From: Candidatus Omnitrophota bacterium
GTDB lineage: Bacteria; Omnitrophota; Omnitrophia; Omnitrophales; Aquincolibacteriaceae
Reading direction: 5' to 3'
Assembly: GCA_022709525.1 (NCBI GenBank)
Contig: JAKLIQ010000012.1
Span: forward strand, 1 to 63,411
DNA: 63,411 nucleotides
In this document: one piece after another, positions 9,531 through 19,883 of the stretch
How positions within the stretch are numbered: the stretch's first letter is position 1
Layout of the letters: each line of letters opens with the position of its first letter
Position numbers and translations under genes: made by a program
The notes under the pieces: model-generated
Seen by the model: only the letters and a program-made list of their open reading frames with translations
What the model was told of the DNA's origin: nothing
Database searches by the model: none

Positions 9531-11482
9531 AAGACTCCTTTTAAGATTTTCAGTTCAAAAAAGAGGAATGCCAGGACGCAAAAGAAAATGATCAAAAGGT
9601 AGTTTTGGATAAAACCCGTCTGAACGCGCTTGGTGATCGAATTGAGAAAATAAACAAGCGTTCCCGTGAAATTCACGGCACCGTCCACGATATATTTATC
9701 GATCCAGTTCTTGACCGCGCTCAGGAGCATCGTGGCGCGGCCGGTGTTATTGACGGCCCCGTCGATCACGGTCTCATCGAACCCAAAGAGCTTGCGGCCG
9801 AGCGCTTGGAAGGGTTTGACGACATAAGCGGAATAGAATTCGTCGACATAAAATTTATTAAAGGAAAGAAGATATAAGGGGCGGAACGCTTTCGCGATCG
9901 CGCCGGCCCAGTGTTTTTGTTTCAGATAAATAACGCCGGCAAGGAGGATCCCGAGAAGGGCCGCGGCGATCGAGCAGGCCATGATCATGGTCGACGGTTC
10001 GTATTCCGGATAATGGACCATTTCCGCCATGAAGTTCTGGAACCAGTGATGCATAAAGGGGGAACCGGGGATCCCGAGCACAGCCGAACCGATCGCGAGG
10101 CCCCAAAGCGGCAGCGTCATGATCGCCGGAGATTCGTGCGCGTGGACCTTGGCGTTCCGGGCCTCACCGAAGAAGGTCAGGAAAATAAGGCGGAACATAT
10201 AGAAGGCCGTCATGAAGGCGGTGAGGAGCAGGATGCCGAAGACCGCGAAATGACCCGAAGCGAAGGCCGTGAGCAGGATCTCGTCTTTCGACCAGAACCC
10301 CGAAAGCGGCGGGACGCCGGCCAACGCGAGGCTCGCGATAATAAAAGTGATCGCGGTTTGCGGCATTTTCTTGTAAAGCCCGCCCATCTCGCGGATATCC
10401 TGGACATGCGCGCCGTGGATCACGCTTCCCGCGCCGAGGAAGAGCAGGGCCTTGAAAAACGCGTGTGTGATCAGGTGAAAAGTTCCCGCGCCGAGGCCCG
10501 AAAGCCCGAGGGCGGTCACCATATAGCCAAGCTGCGAGATCGTGGAATAAGCCAGGATGCGCTTGATATCGTTTTGTGTCAGCGCGATGAACGCGGCCCC
10601 GAATGCCGTGACGGTCCCGATCGCTGTCACGACCGGCAGGACGTTCGGCACGACCATAAAAAGGGCGAAAGAGCGCGCCACAAGAAAAACGCCGGCCGCC
10701 ACCATCGTCGCGGCATGGATCAAAGCGCTCACCGGTGTCGGGCCTTCCATGGCGTCCGGCAACCACACATGGAGCGGGAATTGCGCCGACTTGCCGATCG
10801 TGCCGCAGAAAATAAAAAGCGCGGCCATGATCAAAAGCCCGGAATTAAAAGGCCCTGTTTCCTGGATGCCCGCCATCGCGGTGTTCATGGCTTCGAAATT
10901 AAGCGTGCCGATCGCGGCAAAAAGCGTCAGGAACCCGATCAAGAATCCCACGTCGCCGACCCGCGTGGTGAGGAACGCCTTGAGGGAGGCCTTGGCGGCG
11001 GAATCTTTCTCGAAATAAAAACCGATCAAAAGATACGAGCAGAGACCCATGATCTCCCACGCCATGAAAAAGAGAATAAAGTTGTCCGAGATCACGAGCG
11101 TGAGCATCGCAGCCATGAAAAGGGAGACGTAGGCGAAGAAACGGCTGTAGCGCGGGTCGCCGTGCATGTAGCCGGCCGCGTAGATCTGGATCAGCGTGCC
11201 GACGATCGTAACCATGAAAAGCACCGCCGCGGAAAGAGGGTCCATCAGGTAGCCGAACCGAAGCGGCGTATTCCCGAGCATCAGCCAGGTTTCTTGTCCG
11301 GCAAAATGCCCGCCTTGAAAGACCGCCCAGCAGACGGGAAGCGCGACCGCGCAGGCCATGGCGCTTGTCGTGATGGAAAGCCAGGCCGCGCGCCGCTTGA
11401 GCCATTTTCCCGCCAAAATATTGACGATAAAGGCCAGGAAAGGCAGCAGCGGAACCAGGATGATCTGATCGGGCGTTACCAT
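9527..11482 (-). CDS. nuoL: NADH-quinone oxidoreductase subunit L
   Basis: 651 aa; HVWLPDAMEGPTPVSALIHAATMV; long C-terminal extension typical of ND5/NuoL. Confidence 0.9.
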   Translation of the reverse strand: MVTPDQIILVPLLPFLAFIVNILAGKWLKRRAAWLSITTSAMACAVALPVCWAVFQGGHFAGQETWLMLGNTPLRFGYLMDPLSAAVLFMVTIVGTLIQIYAAGYMHGDPRYSRFFAYVSLFMAAMLTLVISDNFILFFMAWEIMGLCSYLLIGFYFEKDSAAKASLKAFLTTRVGDVGFLIGFLTLFAAIGTLNFEAMNTAMAGIQETGPFNSGLLIMAALFIFCGTIGKSAQFPLHVWLPDAMEGPTPVSALIHAATMVAAGVFLVARSFALFMVVPNVLPVVTAIGTVTAFGAAFIALTQNDIKRILAYSTISQLGYMVTALGLSGLGAGTFHLITHAFFKALLFLGAGSVIHGAHVQDIREMGGLYKKMPQTAITFIIASLALAGVPPLSGFWSKDEILLTAFASGHFAVFGILLLTAFMTAFYMFRLIFLTFFGEARNAKVHAHESPAIMTLPLWGLAIGSAVLGIPGSPFMHHWFQNFMAEMVHYPEYEPSTMIMACSIAAALLGILLAGVIYLKQKHWAGAIAKAFRPLYLLSFNKFYVDEFYSAYVVKPFQALGRKLFGFDETVIDGAVNNTGRATMLLSAVKNWIDKYIVDGAVNFTGTLVYFLNSITKRVQTGFIQNYLLIIFFCVLAFLFFELKILKGVL

Positions 11483-11790
11483 TTCAGTAAATTAACCTCA
11501 TCAGTGTAAACCGTTTTCCGGACCCGGTAGAGCGCCAATACGATCGCAAGCCCCACGGCCGCCGAAGTCGCGGCGATCGCGATCACAAAGATCGCGAAGA
11601 TCTGCCCCATTTCCGGAGAAGGGGACGTGTATTTTGAGAACGCGATCAGATTGATATTGGCGGCGTTTAAAATAAGTTCGATCGAGATCAAAATACCGAT
11701 GATGTTGCGCCGCACAAGCGCTCCGTAGATGCCGATCGCGAAAAGCAGGAGCGAAAAAATAAGAATGTGCGTTAATGGGATCCCGATCAT
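11476..11790 (-). CDS. nuoK: NADH-quinone oxidoreductase subunit K
   Basis: 104 aa, three TM helices, ND4L-like; overlaps its neighbours. Confidence 0.85.
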   Translation of the reverse strand: MIGIPLTHILIFSLLLFAIGIYGALVRRNIIGILISIELILNAANINLIAFSKYTSPSPEMGQIFAIFVIAIAATSAAVGLAIVLALYRVRKTVYTDEVNLLKW

Positions 11791-12308
11791 GATTGCTCTC
11801 CCGAATTATCTTTCTTGGCGATCACGACGGCGCCGATCAGGGCCGCGATCAGGATGACCGAAATGACCTCGAACGGGAAAACATAAGTTCCCATGAGCGC
11901 CTGGCCGATCTCCATCACCGAGATCTTGGCGTGCGATGCCGCCTGCAAGGGCCACGGCGTTTTGACGATCAAGGCGGCCAGGATCGCGACGAACGCGGCA
12001 AGACCGATCACGGCCGGCAGGCTTTGCGAATTATTCTGCCGGACGGTCTTTCCGGCGAGATGTTCCGTCAGCATGATCGCGAAGATAACGAGCGTGACCA
12101 CCGCACCTACGTAAAGAAGGATCTGGATCCCGGCAAGGAAATCCGCCCGGAGCCCGAGGTAAATGACCGCAGTACCGATCAACGCGGCCGCAAGGCAAAG
12201 CGCGCAATGGAAAAGATTGCGGAGCGTGACCACGCCCAGCGCGAAGATAAGAACCGTCCCCATCGCGGCGTAGATCCCGAATTTGACAGCGATTTCTAAG
12301 ACCGGCAT
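11787..12308 (-). CDS. nuoJ: NADH-quinone oxidoreductase subunit J
   Basis: 173-aa membrane protein, ND6-like, in a conserved operon position. Confidence 0.8.
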   Translation of the reverse strand: MPVLEIAVKFGIYAAMGTVLIFALGVVTLRNLFHCALCLAAALIGTAVIYLGLRADFLAGIQILLYVGAVVTLVIFAIMLTEHLAGKTVRQNNSQSLPAVIGLAAFVAILAALIVKTPWPLQAASHAKISVMEIGQALMGTYVFPFEVISVILIAALIGAVVIAKKDNSGEQS

Positions 12309-12312
12309 CGAT

Positions 12313-13482
12313 TTAGCTCTCTAAGGTGTAAACGCGTTTTTCCGGAACAAAATTAATATTTAATTTGACCAGAATAAAGAATGAAATGACAAGGATCAGC
12401 GCGGACCAAAGCCACGCCCACACGGGCGGCAGGAAATGCCACAGCGCCGCGACAAGAATATTGATCAGCGTCAAAGGCAGAAGGAATTTCCACGCGAATC
12501 CCATCAGCTGATCCACGCGGAAACGGGGGAACGTGCCGCGGAACCAGATCATGACACAGATCAGAATAAAAGTCTTGCCGAAGAACCAGGCCCAGGAGGG
12601 GAGAAAAGGCCCCTGCCAGCCGCCCAAGAAAAGGGTCGCCGCGATGCCGCAGAGCGTGAAGGCGTTCATGTATTCCGCCATATAAAAAAGCGCGAATTTC
12701 ATGCCGCTATATTCCGTATGGAAGCCGGCGACAAGTTCGGACTCCGCTTCCGGAAGATCGAACGGCGGGCGGTTGCATTCGGCCGTCGCGCAAAGAAAGA
12801 AAACAATGAATCCCGCAAGTCCCCAGGGAGTGAAAATGAACCAGTGAAGGCCCGAGCACCCGCTTTGCGCGAGGACGATCTCGTTGGTCGATAAACTTTG
12901 ACTCATCATAATGACCGGAACAACGGAAAGCGTCATCGGGACCTCGTAGGAGATCATTTGCGCCGCGGTGCGCATGCCGCCTAAAAGGGAATATTTATTC
13001 CGCGAGGCCCAGCTCCCCATAAAGATCGGAAGCGTCGTGACGGAGGAAACGGCGATGAAATAAAGAAGGCCGATATTAAGGTTCGCGGCGGTCATGCCTC
13101 TTCCGAACGGAACGACAAGGAAGATCATGAACGCAGGGACCACGATCACGATGGGCGCTAAAAGATGAATGATCTTATCGGCGTTCGCGGGGATGATATC
13201 CTCTTTAGTGAACATCTTGATGCCGTCGGCGATCGGCTGGAGGAGGCCCCATTTCCCCACGCGGTTCGGGCCATAGCGGTTCTGGATGCGGCCGAGCAGT
13301 TTCCGCTCCAGGAGCGTCAAATACATCATGATCACCGCCCCCATGACCAAGATCACGACGCCGCTTATCACGATCGATGCAAGAACAACGACCCAATCGG
13401 GCAGAAATCGCCCCAAGAGGGCAAGGAGCCACGCTTTGGCGCTCACAAAGATCTGATCGAAAAATCCGAGAATGCGGTTCAT
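12313..13482 (-). CDS. nuoH: NADH-quinone oxidoreductase subunit H
   Basis: LLERKLLGRIQNRYGPNRVG...LQPIADGIKMF signature of ND1/NuoH. Confidence 0.9.
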   Translation of the reverse strand: MNRILGFFDQIFVSAKAWLLALLGRFLPDWVVVLASIVISGVVILVMGAVIMMYLTLLERKLLGRIQNRYGPNRVGKWGLLQPIADGIKMFTKEDIIPANADKIIHLLAPIVIVVPAFMIFLVVPFGRGMTAANLNIGLLYFIAVSSVTTLPIFMGSWASRNKYSLLGGMRTAAQMISYEVPMTLSVVPVIMMSQSLSTNEIVLAQSGCSGLHWFIFTPWGLAGFIVFFLCATAECNRPPFDLPEAESELVAGFHTEYSGMKFALFYMAEYMNAFTLCGIAATLFLGGWQGPFLPSWAWFFGKTFILICVMIWFRGTFPRFRVDQLMGFAWKFLLPLTLINILVAALWHFLPPVWAWLWSALILVISFFILVKLNINFVPEKRVYTLES

Positions 13483-14039
13483 TGGGGTTTTGGTGCCTCA
13501 GGAGGTTGTGCCTGGGCTTTTTTCTTTTCTTCCGCGGCTTTGCGTTTCTGATCGATCGCTGAAGCGAGCGCCGGCCTTACTTTTCGGAAATACTCGTTCG
13601 ATTTAAGAAGCGCTTTCTTATGAAAAACCAGACCGTCGAGCCGTTCGGCGGCGGCGACTTCGAACGCGCAATCCATAAAGATCGAATCAAACGGACAAAC
13701 CTCTTCGCAAAGGCCGCAATTCATACAAAGCCCGTAATCGATATCAAAGACAGCCGGTTTGCGCGCCGGTTTACCGGCCGCGTCCGTTTCCATTTCAATA
13801 TGAATGCATTTGGTCGGGCATTCGCGTTCGCAGATCCCGCAAGCCACGCACCGGACCTTGTCCGGCGTACCGTCATAAACTAAAAACGGGAAGTTCCGGA
13901 AATTCTCAAATTCCTTTTCACGTTCTTCAGGGTATTGGACCGTGAAGATCCCGCCATTATCCCGTTTGCAGGCGTAAGAGGTCACGAAGTTCTTAAGCGT
14001 GACCATCATGCCTTTAAAAACGCCCCATCCGAAGGTCAT
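13479..14039 (-). CDS. nuoI: NADH-quinone oxidoreductase subunit I (2x[4Fe-4S])
   Basis: [12 protein letters not shown] and [12 protein letters not shown] motifs; K/A/E-rich C-terminal tail. Confidence 0.9.
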   Translation of the reverse strand: MTFGWGVFKGMMVTLKNFVTSYACKRDNGGIFTVQYPEEREKEFENFRNFPFLVYDGTPDKVRCVACGICERECPTKCIHIEMETDAAGKPARKPAVFDIDYGLCMNCGLCEEVCPFDSIFMDCAFEVAAAERLDGLVFHKKALLKSNEYFRKVRPALASAIDQKRKAAEEKKKAQAQPPEAPKPQ

Positions 14040-15184
14040 CGGTCCGTCTCCCCAAGCACGATATCAATGCTTCCGAGAATAACAATGGCGTCGGCGACTT
14101 TTTGCCCCAAGCACATTTCTTCCAGCGCCGTCAGGTTGATGAGCGAAGGAGCGCGTACGTGATAACGCCACGGTTGCGGCGTTCCGTCGCTGACGACATA
14201 AAACCCAAGTTCGCCCTTGGGCGATTCGATGCGTCCGTAGGCCTCGCCCACCGGCGGTTTGAAGTTGCGCGGCATCTTCAGGTAGGGAAGCGCTTTCTTA
14301 TTCATGATCTCGCCCTGGGGGATCTTGGCGAGCGCCTGTTCCAGGATCTTCAGGCTCTGACGTATTTCAAGGATGCGGACATAGTAACGGTCATAGACGT
14401 CGCCTTTTTTTCCGAGCGGGACCTGGAAATCAAAACGGTTGTAAATGCTATAGCCGTCCACTTTGCGGATATCGTAATTAACGCCCGAGGCGCGAAGCAC
14501 GGGGCCCGTAATGCCGGCATTGATCGCGTCCCCGGCGGAAAGAATGCCGACATTTTGGCAGCGCATGCAGAGGATCTCGTTTTTGGTGAGCAGGTCCTCG
14601 AATTCTTTCAAGAAAGCGGGGAATCTCGCGATAATTTTTTTGATCTCGGCAAGATCCGCTTCCGTGAGGTCGTGTTTGACGCCGCCGAAGCGGAAAAAAT
14701 TATTCATGAGGCGCGAGCCCGTAACCCCTTCAAAAATATCAAGGATCCTTTCCCGTTCGCGGAAAGCGTAAAGAAGCGGCGTAAAGAACGCGCCGAGGTC
14801 ATTGAGCATAAAACCGATCACGGCGATGTGGTTCACGATACGGGCAAGTTCCGCCATGATGACGCGGATATATTCCGCGCGCTCGGGGACTTCAAGGCCG
14901 GCGAGTTTTTCCACGGCAAGCGCGTAACCGAAATTATTCGTGAGCGCGTTCACATAATCCAGCCGGTCCGTGTAAGGCATGACGGCCGCGTAGGGAAGAT
15001 TCTCGGCGATCTGTTCGTGGTTGCGGTGGAGATAGCCGAAGACGGGTTTTAACCCGCAGATCTTTTCACCCTCGAGCTGCACCGCCATGCGGAAAACGCC
15101 GTGCGTGGAAGGGTGCTGCGGCCCGAAATTGATCTCAAGCATCTCGGCCGTATCGGTGTTTTTTGAGAACGGGATCGTTTCCAT
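14036..15184 (-). CDS. nuoD: NADH-quinone oxidoreductase subunit D (49 kDa)
   Basis: [12 protein letters not shown]... and C-terminal [11 protein letters not shown]. Confidence 0.9.
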   Translation of the reverse strand: METIPFSKNTDTAEMLEINFGPQHPSTHGVFRMAVQLEGEKICGLKPVFGYLHRNHEQIAENLPYAAVMPYTDRLDYVNALTNNFGYALAVEKLAGLEVPERAEYIRVIMAELARIVNHIAVIGFMLNDLGAFFTPLLYAFRERERILDIFEGVTGSRLMNNFFRFGGVKHDLTEADLAEIKKIIARFPAFLKEFEDLLTKNEILCMRCQNVGILSAGDAINAGITGPVLRASGVNYDIRKVDGYSIYNRFDFQVPLGKKGDVYDRYYVRILEIRQSLKILEQALAKIPQGEIMNKKALPYLKMPRNFKPPVGEAYGRIESPKGELGFYVVSDGTPQPWRYHVRAPSLINLTALEEMCLGQKVADAIVILGSIDIVLGETDR

Positions 15185-15186
15185 AG

Positions 15187-15783
15187 TTAATTCCGGGGTT
15201 TTTCCGGTTTTTGGGCGACGGCGCGCTGGCCGGCGGCTTCAAGCGCTTTGGCTTTTTCCTTCATTTCCGGAGGTACTTCAACGCCTCGCGCTTCAAGCCA
15301 CGCAATGTCGGCAGCTTCAAGCGTTTCAGAATCTTCCTGGGCGTAATCTTTCCTTAAAGGGTGGCCTTCGAAGTCTTCCCACATGAAAAGGCGCCGCAGG
15401 TCCGGATGCTCTTCATAAATGATGCCGAAGGTGTCGTAGGCTTCGCGTTCCTGAAGTTCCGCGCTCCGGTAAACCGTCACAAGCGAAGGGATCCTGGCTT
15501 TGTTTTTAGGAACCCGGACGCGGAGCGCGACAGGGCCGTGCTTTTTCGCCATCGAATAAAGATGATAGACCGATTCTAAATAACTTAAATAATCAGCGCC
15601 GGTGACAGACGAAAGATAATCCAAAAGAAATTTCGGATTTTCTTTCAGGAACAAGGCAACCCGCGGAAGATCGTCGGGATTTTCAACCAAAAGGGAATTG
15701 CCGACAGCGCGGAGTTTCACATCCGGCAATCTCGCCTCGAGTTCTTTTTTTACTTCCGAAACCGGAATATCCATATTAGGCAA
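15187..15783 (-). CDS. nuoC: NADH-quinone oxidoreductase subunit C (30 kDa)
   Basis: 198 aa; ...[33 protein letters not shown]... typical of NuoC. Confidence 0.8.
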   Translation of the reverse strand: MPNMDIPVSEVKKELEARLPDVKLRAVGNSLLVENPDDLPRVALFLKENPKFLLDYLSSVTGADYLSYLESVYHLYSMAKKHGPVALRVRVPKNKARIPSLVTVYRSAELQEREAYDTFGIIYEEHPDLRRLFMWEDFEGHPLRKDYAQEDSETLEAADIAWLEARGVEVPPEMKEKAKALEAAGQRAVAQKPEKPRN

Positions 15784-16507
15784 CGGCTCCCGGGGCAGCG
15801 GGCTTCGGAGCTAAAGCGAGTTCCAGGTCCGGAGCTTTTAGTTTTTTCCCGACGAGGATAGTCTGCCCGTAATGAATTCTTCGCGCATCTTTTTGAGGCG
15901 GCCGCCAGACCTCCGGGTTGAATTTCGGAATGAGGCCGTTCGGGCCGTATTCGGGGATCGGGAATTCGCGTTTGAGGCCTTTTTGATACCACTCCGCTTT
16001 CAGGATCTCCTGCGCCGCGATCTTTTTTTGAAGTTCCATGAGCCCGTGAAGCAGCGCTTCGGGACGCGGCGGACAGCCGGGAATATGAACATCGACCGGG
16101 ATATAACGGTCGATCCCACGCAGGACATTGTAGCCGTCGATAAAAGGGCCGCCTGAGATCGCGCACGCGCCCATCGTGAGGACATATTTCGGTTCCGGCA
16201 TCTGGTTGTAAAGCCGCACGACCTGCGGGGCCATTTTCTTCGTGACGGTTCCCGAGATGATCATGAGATCGGCTTGGCGCGGCGAGGCGCGGAAGAGTTC
16301 GGCGCCGAAGCGTGCGATATCGTAGCGGGCGCAAGCCGCGGCGATCATCTCAAAGGCGCAGCAGGCGAGGCCGAACTGCATCGGCCATATCGATGAGCGC
16401 CGGCCCCAGTTATAAAGAAAATCCAAACTCGTCCAGACCACGCCTTTTTTGGCGAGTTCGCCGCGTAGCCGCGGGTCAGACGTAGATTTATTTTTTGTAA
16501 ATGTCAT
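15776..16507 (-). CDS. nuoB: NADH-quinone oxidoreductase subunit B (N2 cluster), with a C-terminal extension of about 70 aa
   Basis: [31 protein letters not shown] cysteine motifs. Confidence 0.9.
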   Translation of the reverse strand: MTFTKNKSTSDPRLRGELAKKGVVWTSLDFLYNWGRRSSIWPMQFGLACCAFEMIAAACARYDIARFGAELFRASPRQADLMIISGTVTKKMAPQVVRLYNQMPEPKYVLTMGACAISGGPFIDGYNVLRGIDRYIPVDVHIPGCPPRPEALLHGLMELQKKIAAQEILKAEWYQKGLKREFPIPEYGPNGLIPKFNPEVWRPPQKDARRIHYGQTILVGKKLKAPDLELALAPKPAAPGAVA

Positions 16508-16543
16508 AAAGTTCTTTCAGGTTCCTGCCCGAGCCTTAGGAGA

Positions 16544-16915
16544 TCACTCCCACTCGAGCATTTTCTTCTTCCAGGCGTAAACGAGGCCGAAAGCGAGGAT
16601 CGCGATGAAGATCGCCATTTCCACAAAAGCGAACAGGCCGAGCTTTTTAAAAGCGACGGCCCAGGGATAGATAAAAACCATTTCAATGTCAAAAATAACA
16701 AAGATCAAAGCGTAAAGGTAATACTGCACATGATACTGGATCCAAGGATCGCCCTTGGAAGCCAAACCGCATTCATAGGTCGATTGTTTGTCGGCCGAAG
16801 GCTTTTTGGGAGCCAAAAACCAGGCCAAAACAAGGGGGATCACCGCGAAGATCAGGGCGAAAATAAAGAAAATCCCCACAAAGAGGTATTGGTAGAAATA
16901 GGAACCGCTGGACAT
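16544..16915 (-). CDS. nuoA: NADH-quinone oxidoreductase subunit A
   Basis: 123 aa, three TM helices, YECG motif (STYECGLAS); first gene of the operon. Confidence 0.8.
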   Translation of the reverse strand: MSSGSYFYQYLFVGIFFIFALIFAVIPLVLAWFLAPKKPSADKQSTYECGLASKGDPWIQYHVQYYLYALIFVIFDIEMVFIYPWAVAFKKLGLFAFVEMAIFIAILAFGLVYAWKKKMLEWE

Positions 16916-16923
16916 AGGGTCTC

Positions 16924-16951
16924 ATTATATGGACAAAAGCTTCAAAGTCAA
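16924..16951 (-). promoter_or_regulatory. near-consensus sigma70 promoter whose -10 box ends 8 nt before the nuoA ATG
   Basis: Minus strand reads TTGACT, 16-nt spacer, TATAAT, gagaccct, ATG; no SD sequence in between. Confidence 0.4.
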
Positions 16952-17122
16952 TCAAGATAAGGGGTTAGAGATGGCTTGCGGATGTTCTTTTTTGTCATAA
17001 AAAGATACCAAGAAAAATGGCATTTCGTTACAATACCTCCATTCCAAGAGCGCCTCTAGGGCAATTCCGCCCCGGAAGGCCAGGCGGGGGTTAAGGATCC
17101 TTTTCAGGAGGCAGGGGATTTT

Positions 17123-17557
17123 GTGGGAGATCTTGAGGTCGGATGCGCGATCATCCATAAGGAAGGAAAACTTCTGATCGCTCAGCGCCGCCCGGAAGAC
17201 AGCTTCGGCGGTTTTTGGGAATTTCCGGGGGGAAAACGCGAAGAGGGCGAGACAATCGAAGCATGCCTTGTCCGGGAGGTTTTTGAGGAACTCGGCGTCC
17301 GCATTCGCCCATATAGGCTTTTATACCGGAAAGAAATACCTTCCTCGGGAAGAAAACTTTTCCTGTTTTTCTACTTTTGCGAATGGCAGAATGGAGAGCC
17401 GCAGGCGCTTGACTGCAAGGATTTCAGATGGGCAGGCCGGGCGGATATCCGGCAATACTCATTCCTGCCGGGGGATCTTGAAGTGTTGGAAGACCTGGAC
17501 CTCCACTGGAACGATTATTTTAAAAACGGACGCAAAGAAGCCGATAATACAAAGTGA
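17123..17557 (+). CDS. Nudix hydrolase, MutT-like
   Basis: Nudix box GGKREEGETIEACLVREVFEELG; GTG start. Confidence 0.8.
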   Translation: MGDLEVGCAIIHKEGKLLIAQRRPEDSFGGFWEFPGGKREEGETIEACLVREVFEELGVRIRPYRLLYRKEIPSSGRKLFLFFYFCEWQNGEPQALDCKDFRWAGRADIRQYSFLPGDLEVLEDLDLHWNDYFKNGRKEADNTK

Positions 17558-19407
17558 CCATGCTTAAGAACCACAACCATACACCATCCCACGAGGGATT
17601 CTCGTCGCGGCGCGGGTGGCGGATCCCGATCCGCTATAAACTGGCGCTTCCCGTTCTCATCCTTGTTCTCGCGATCATCTTTTTTGTCCTTTTTACCACT
17701 TTCAATGTTTTCTTGGACATGATGGTCCAATATAAAGAAGTGCGTTTCCAGACCATCACGGAGATCTTCGCCAACGTTCTCGGGAATCATTTAAAAGCAA
17801 ACGACCAGCGGGCGTTTCGCGCCCATATCCAACTGATCGCTGATGAACCCGACGTTGACGAGGTGCGTGTGCGGGTCGCTGACGGAGAGGCCGTTCGGGT
17901 CAAGCGCTCCGGCAGTGTCGATTTCCCCCCGCTTATTTATCGCGAAGATTTTTTTGGAGTGACCAAGATCAACCCCGACACTTTTGCGGCTGTGGCGCCG
18001 ATCCGGGGAGGCGAAGAAACGCTCGGACAGCTTGTCGTCATTTTTTCGAAGGTCCCCTTCGAGCAGGAATTAAGGAAGATCTTTGTCGAGAAATTCTTTG
18101 TTGCCCTTCTTTTGGTTTTGATCGCGACGCTTGTCATCGCGGGGATCACCTGGTTCGTGATGCGCCCGTTGACGGTGTTGCAGAAGACCGCCCGCAACAT
18201 CCTTAGCGGGGATCTTGAAGCCAGGACGAACATTCATTCCCGGGACGAGATCCAGGAGGTCGGCGAAGCTTTCAATAAAGTGGTGAGCCGTTTGGTGCAA
18301 AGTTTCGAGCATCTGCGCGCCCGAACGCAGGCTTTGGAGGAGTCGGAGGAAAAATACCGTTCGATCGTCAGCGATGTGAGCGACATTATTTTTTCGATCA
18401 CCCCGGAGGGCGAACTCACGCTCCTTAACCGCGGATTTTCGGGGTATGATCGCGAGGAGATCCTTGCGGAAGGGTTGCCGCTTTTCTTTCTCATGCACGC
18501 CCCCGGTGAAGCGCAAAAATTCCAGGACGCCCTTGAGCTGATCGTCAGGACCAAGAAACCCGTCGAACATTTGAACACCAAGCAACTGCACAAGGTCCAT
18601 CATACGGAGCTTTATTACCAGACCAACCTTACCCCCGTGATCGATTATGAAGAGAACCTGCACCTGATCCAAGGGGTCATGCGTGACGTGACGGACCTTC
18701 GTCGCGTCGAGATGATGAAGGAAACGCTTGTGCGCGACGTGGCCCATGAACTAAAAACCCCTACGGCGAAATTCATCATGACCACCCAGTGGCTTGAAAA
18801 AGAACTCGCGCATAATCCCGAAAAAGACAAATTCCTTCCCATCATCCGAATGCTCCGGGAGAATGCTGACCGCCTCATGCGCACGATCTCAAGCATTATG
18901 GACCTTTCCAGGATCGAATCCGGCATGTCGGATATCTACAAACAGGCGATCGATCTTAACAATGTCCTCTCGTCCGTAACCGATGATCTCCGGCCCCTGG
19001 TCGAACAGCACCATTTAAAACTTGAAACCCGGCTTGCGCCGGGGCCGCTCCAGATACTCGGCGATTCGGACATGCTCTACCGTGTCTTTGCCAATCTGAT
19101 CACCAACGCCACCAAATTCACGCCGGACGGCGTTATCGCGGTCAGCTCTTCTTTGCGCGGAAATGACATTTGTGTGGAAGTGGCGGATACCGGGATCGGC
19201 ATCGAAGAAGAGAGTCTGGAAAAGATCTTCGAAGCGTTCTTTCAAAAGACGCCCTCAACGCCCGGGATCGGGGTGGGGCTTACCATTTCGCGCGAGATCG
19301 TGGTCTTGCATGAAGGTGAGATCTGGGCCGAAAGCGAAGGGCCCGGCAAGGGAAGCGTCTTTAAAGTCATTTTTCCGTCCTATGCCTCTCAAGGCAAGCA
19401 GAGTTAA
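17554..19407 (+). CDS. membrane sensor histidine kinase (HAMP-PAS-HisKA-HATPase)
   Basis: Two TM helices, HAMP (RPLTVLQKTARNILSGDLEAR), H-box VAHELKTPT, N/G boxes NLITNATKF, DTGIGI, GIGVGLTI. Confidence 0.85.
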   Translation: MTMLKNHNHTPSHEGFSSRRGWRIPIRYKLALPVLILVLAIIFFVLFTTFNVFLDMMVQYKEVRFQTITEIFANVLGNHLKANDQRAFRAHIQLIADEPDVDEVRVRVADGEAVRVKRSGSVDFPPLIYREDFFGVTKINPDTFAAVAPIRGGEETLGQLVVIFSKVPFEQELRKIFVEKFFVALLLVLIATLVIAGITWFVMRPLTVLQKTARNILSGDLEARTNIHSRDEIQEVGEAFNKVVSRLVQSFEHLRARTQALEESEEKYRSIVSDVSDIIFSITPEGELTLLNRGFSGYDREEILAEGLPLFFLMHAPGEAQKFQDALELIVRTKKPVEHLNTKQLHKVHHTELYYQTNLTPVIDYEENLHLIQGVMRDVTDLRRVEMMKETLVRDVAHELKTPTAKFIMTTQWLEKELAHNPEKDKFLPIIRMLRENADRLMRTISSIMDLSRIESGMSDIYKQAIDLNNVLSSVTDDLRPLVEQHHLKLETRLAPGPLQILGDSDMLYRVFANLITNATKFTPDGVIAVSSSLRGNDICVEVADTGIGIEEESLEKIFEAFFQKTPSTPGIGVGLTISREIVVLHEGEIWAESEGPGKGSVFKVIFPSYASQGKQS

Positions 19408-19423
19408 CGCGCGGGAGTGAACC

Positions 19424-19786
19424 ATGTCAAAAAAAATATTGATCATCGAAGACGACAGCGATTTTCAGGACATTTATTCGCTTTACCTGCAGGGGGAATC
19501 CTACCAGGTTCTGACCGCCAATAACGGCAAAGAGGGCCTGGCCGTTCTCGAAAAAGAAACGCCCGATCTTATCATCCTCGATCTCATTATGCCGGTCATG
19601 GACGGGGAAGAATTCTATGTCCGGCTTCGCGCGAATAAAAAATGGCAAAAAATCCCCGTGATCATCGCAAGCGTCAACGAAAAGATCCCCCTCCGGGTCG
19701 AAGAGCTCGGCGGCGTTGCTTTTCACCTCAAGAAACCCTTCGAGACCGATCTGCTGCTTCAAAAGATCCGTGACAATTTAAAGTAA
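19424..19786 (+). CDS. single-domain response regulator (receiver only)
   Basis: IIEDDSD...DLIILDLIMP...HLKKP; 120 aa. Confidence 0.85.
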   Translation: MSKKILIIEDDSDFQDIYSLYLQGESYQVLTANNGKEGLAVLEKETPDLIILDLIMPVMDGEEFYVRLRANKKWQKIPVIIASVNEKIPLRVEELGGVAFHLKKPFETDLLLQKIRDNLK

Positions 19787-19883
19787 TCCCCGTTTTGCAT
19801 TCATGGACAAATTCCGCCGCCTCGGCTATTATGGCTGCGCGTGTATTTATTGCCATCCTTCCGGAGGTTCCTGAAGCGGCTTT

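Noticed and set aside
7184-11509. Very long plus-strand ORFs (271, 381 and 532 aa) antisense to nuoN, nuoM and nuoL, plus many similar shadow ORFs elsewhere (e.g. 12436..12894, 14102..15052, 41303..41995, 50618..51742)
   Set aside because: Their translations are R/E/D/H/K-rich low-complexity strings. They are the mirror image of hydrophobic membrane-protein codons, with no motifs or start signals. The sense-strand genes have unambiguous family signatures.
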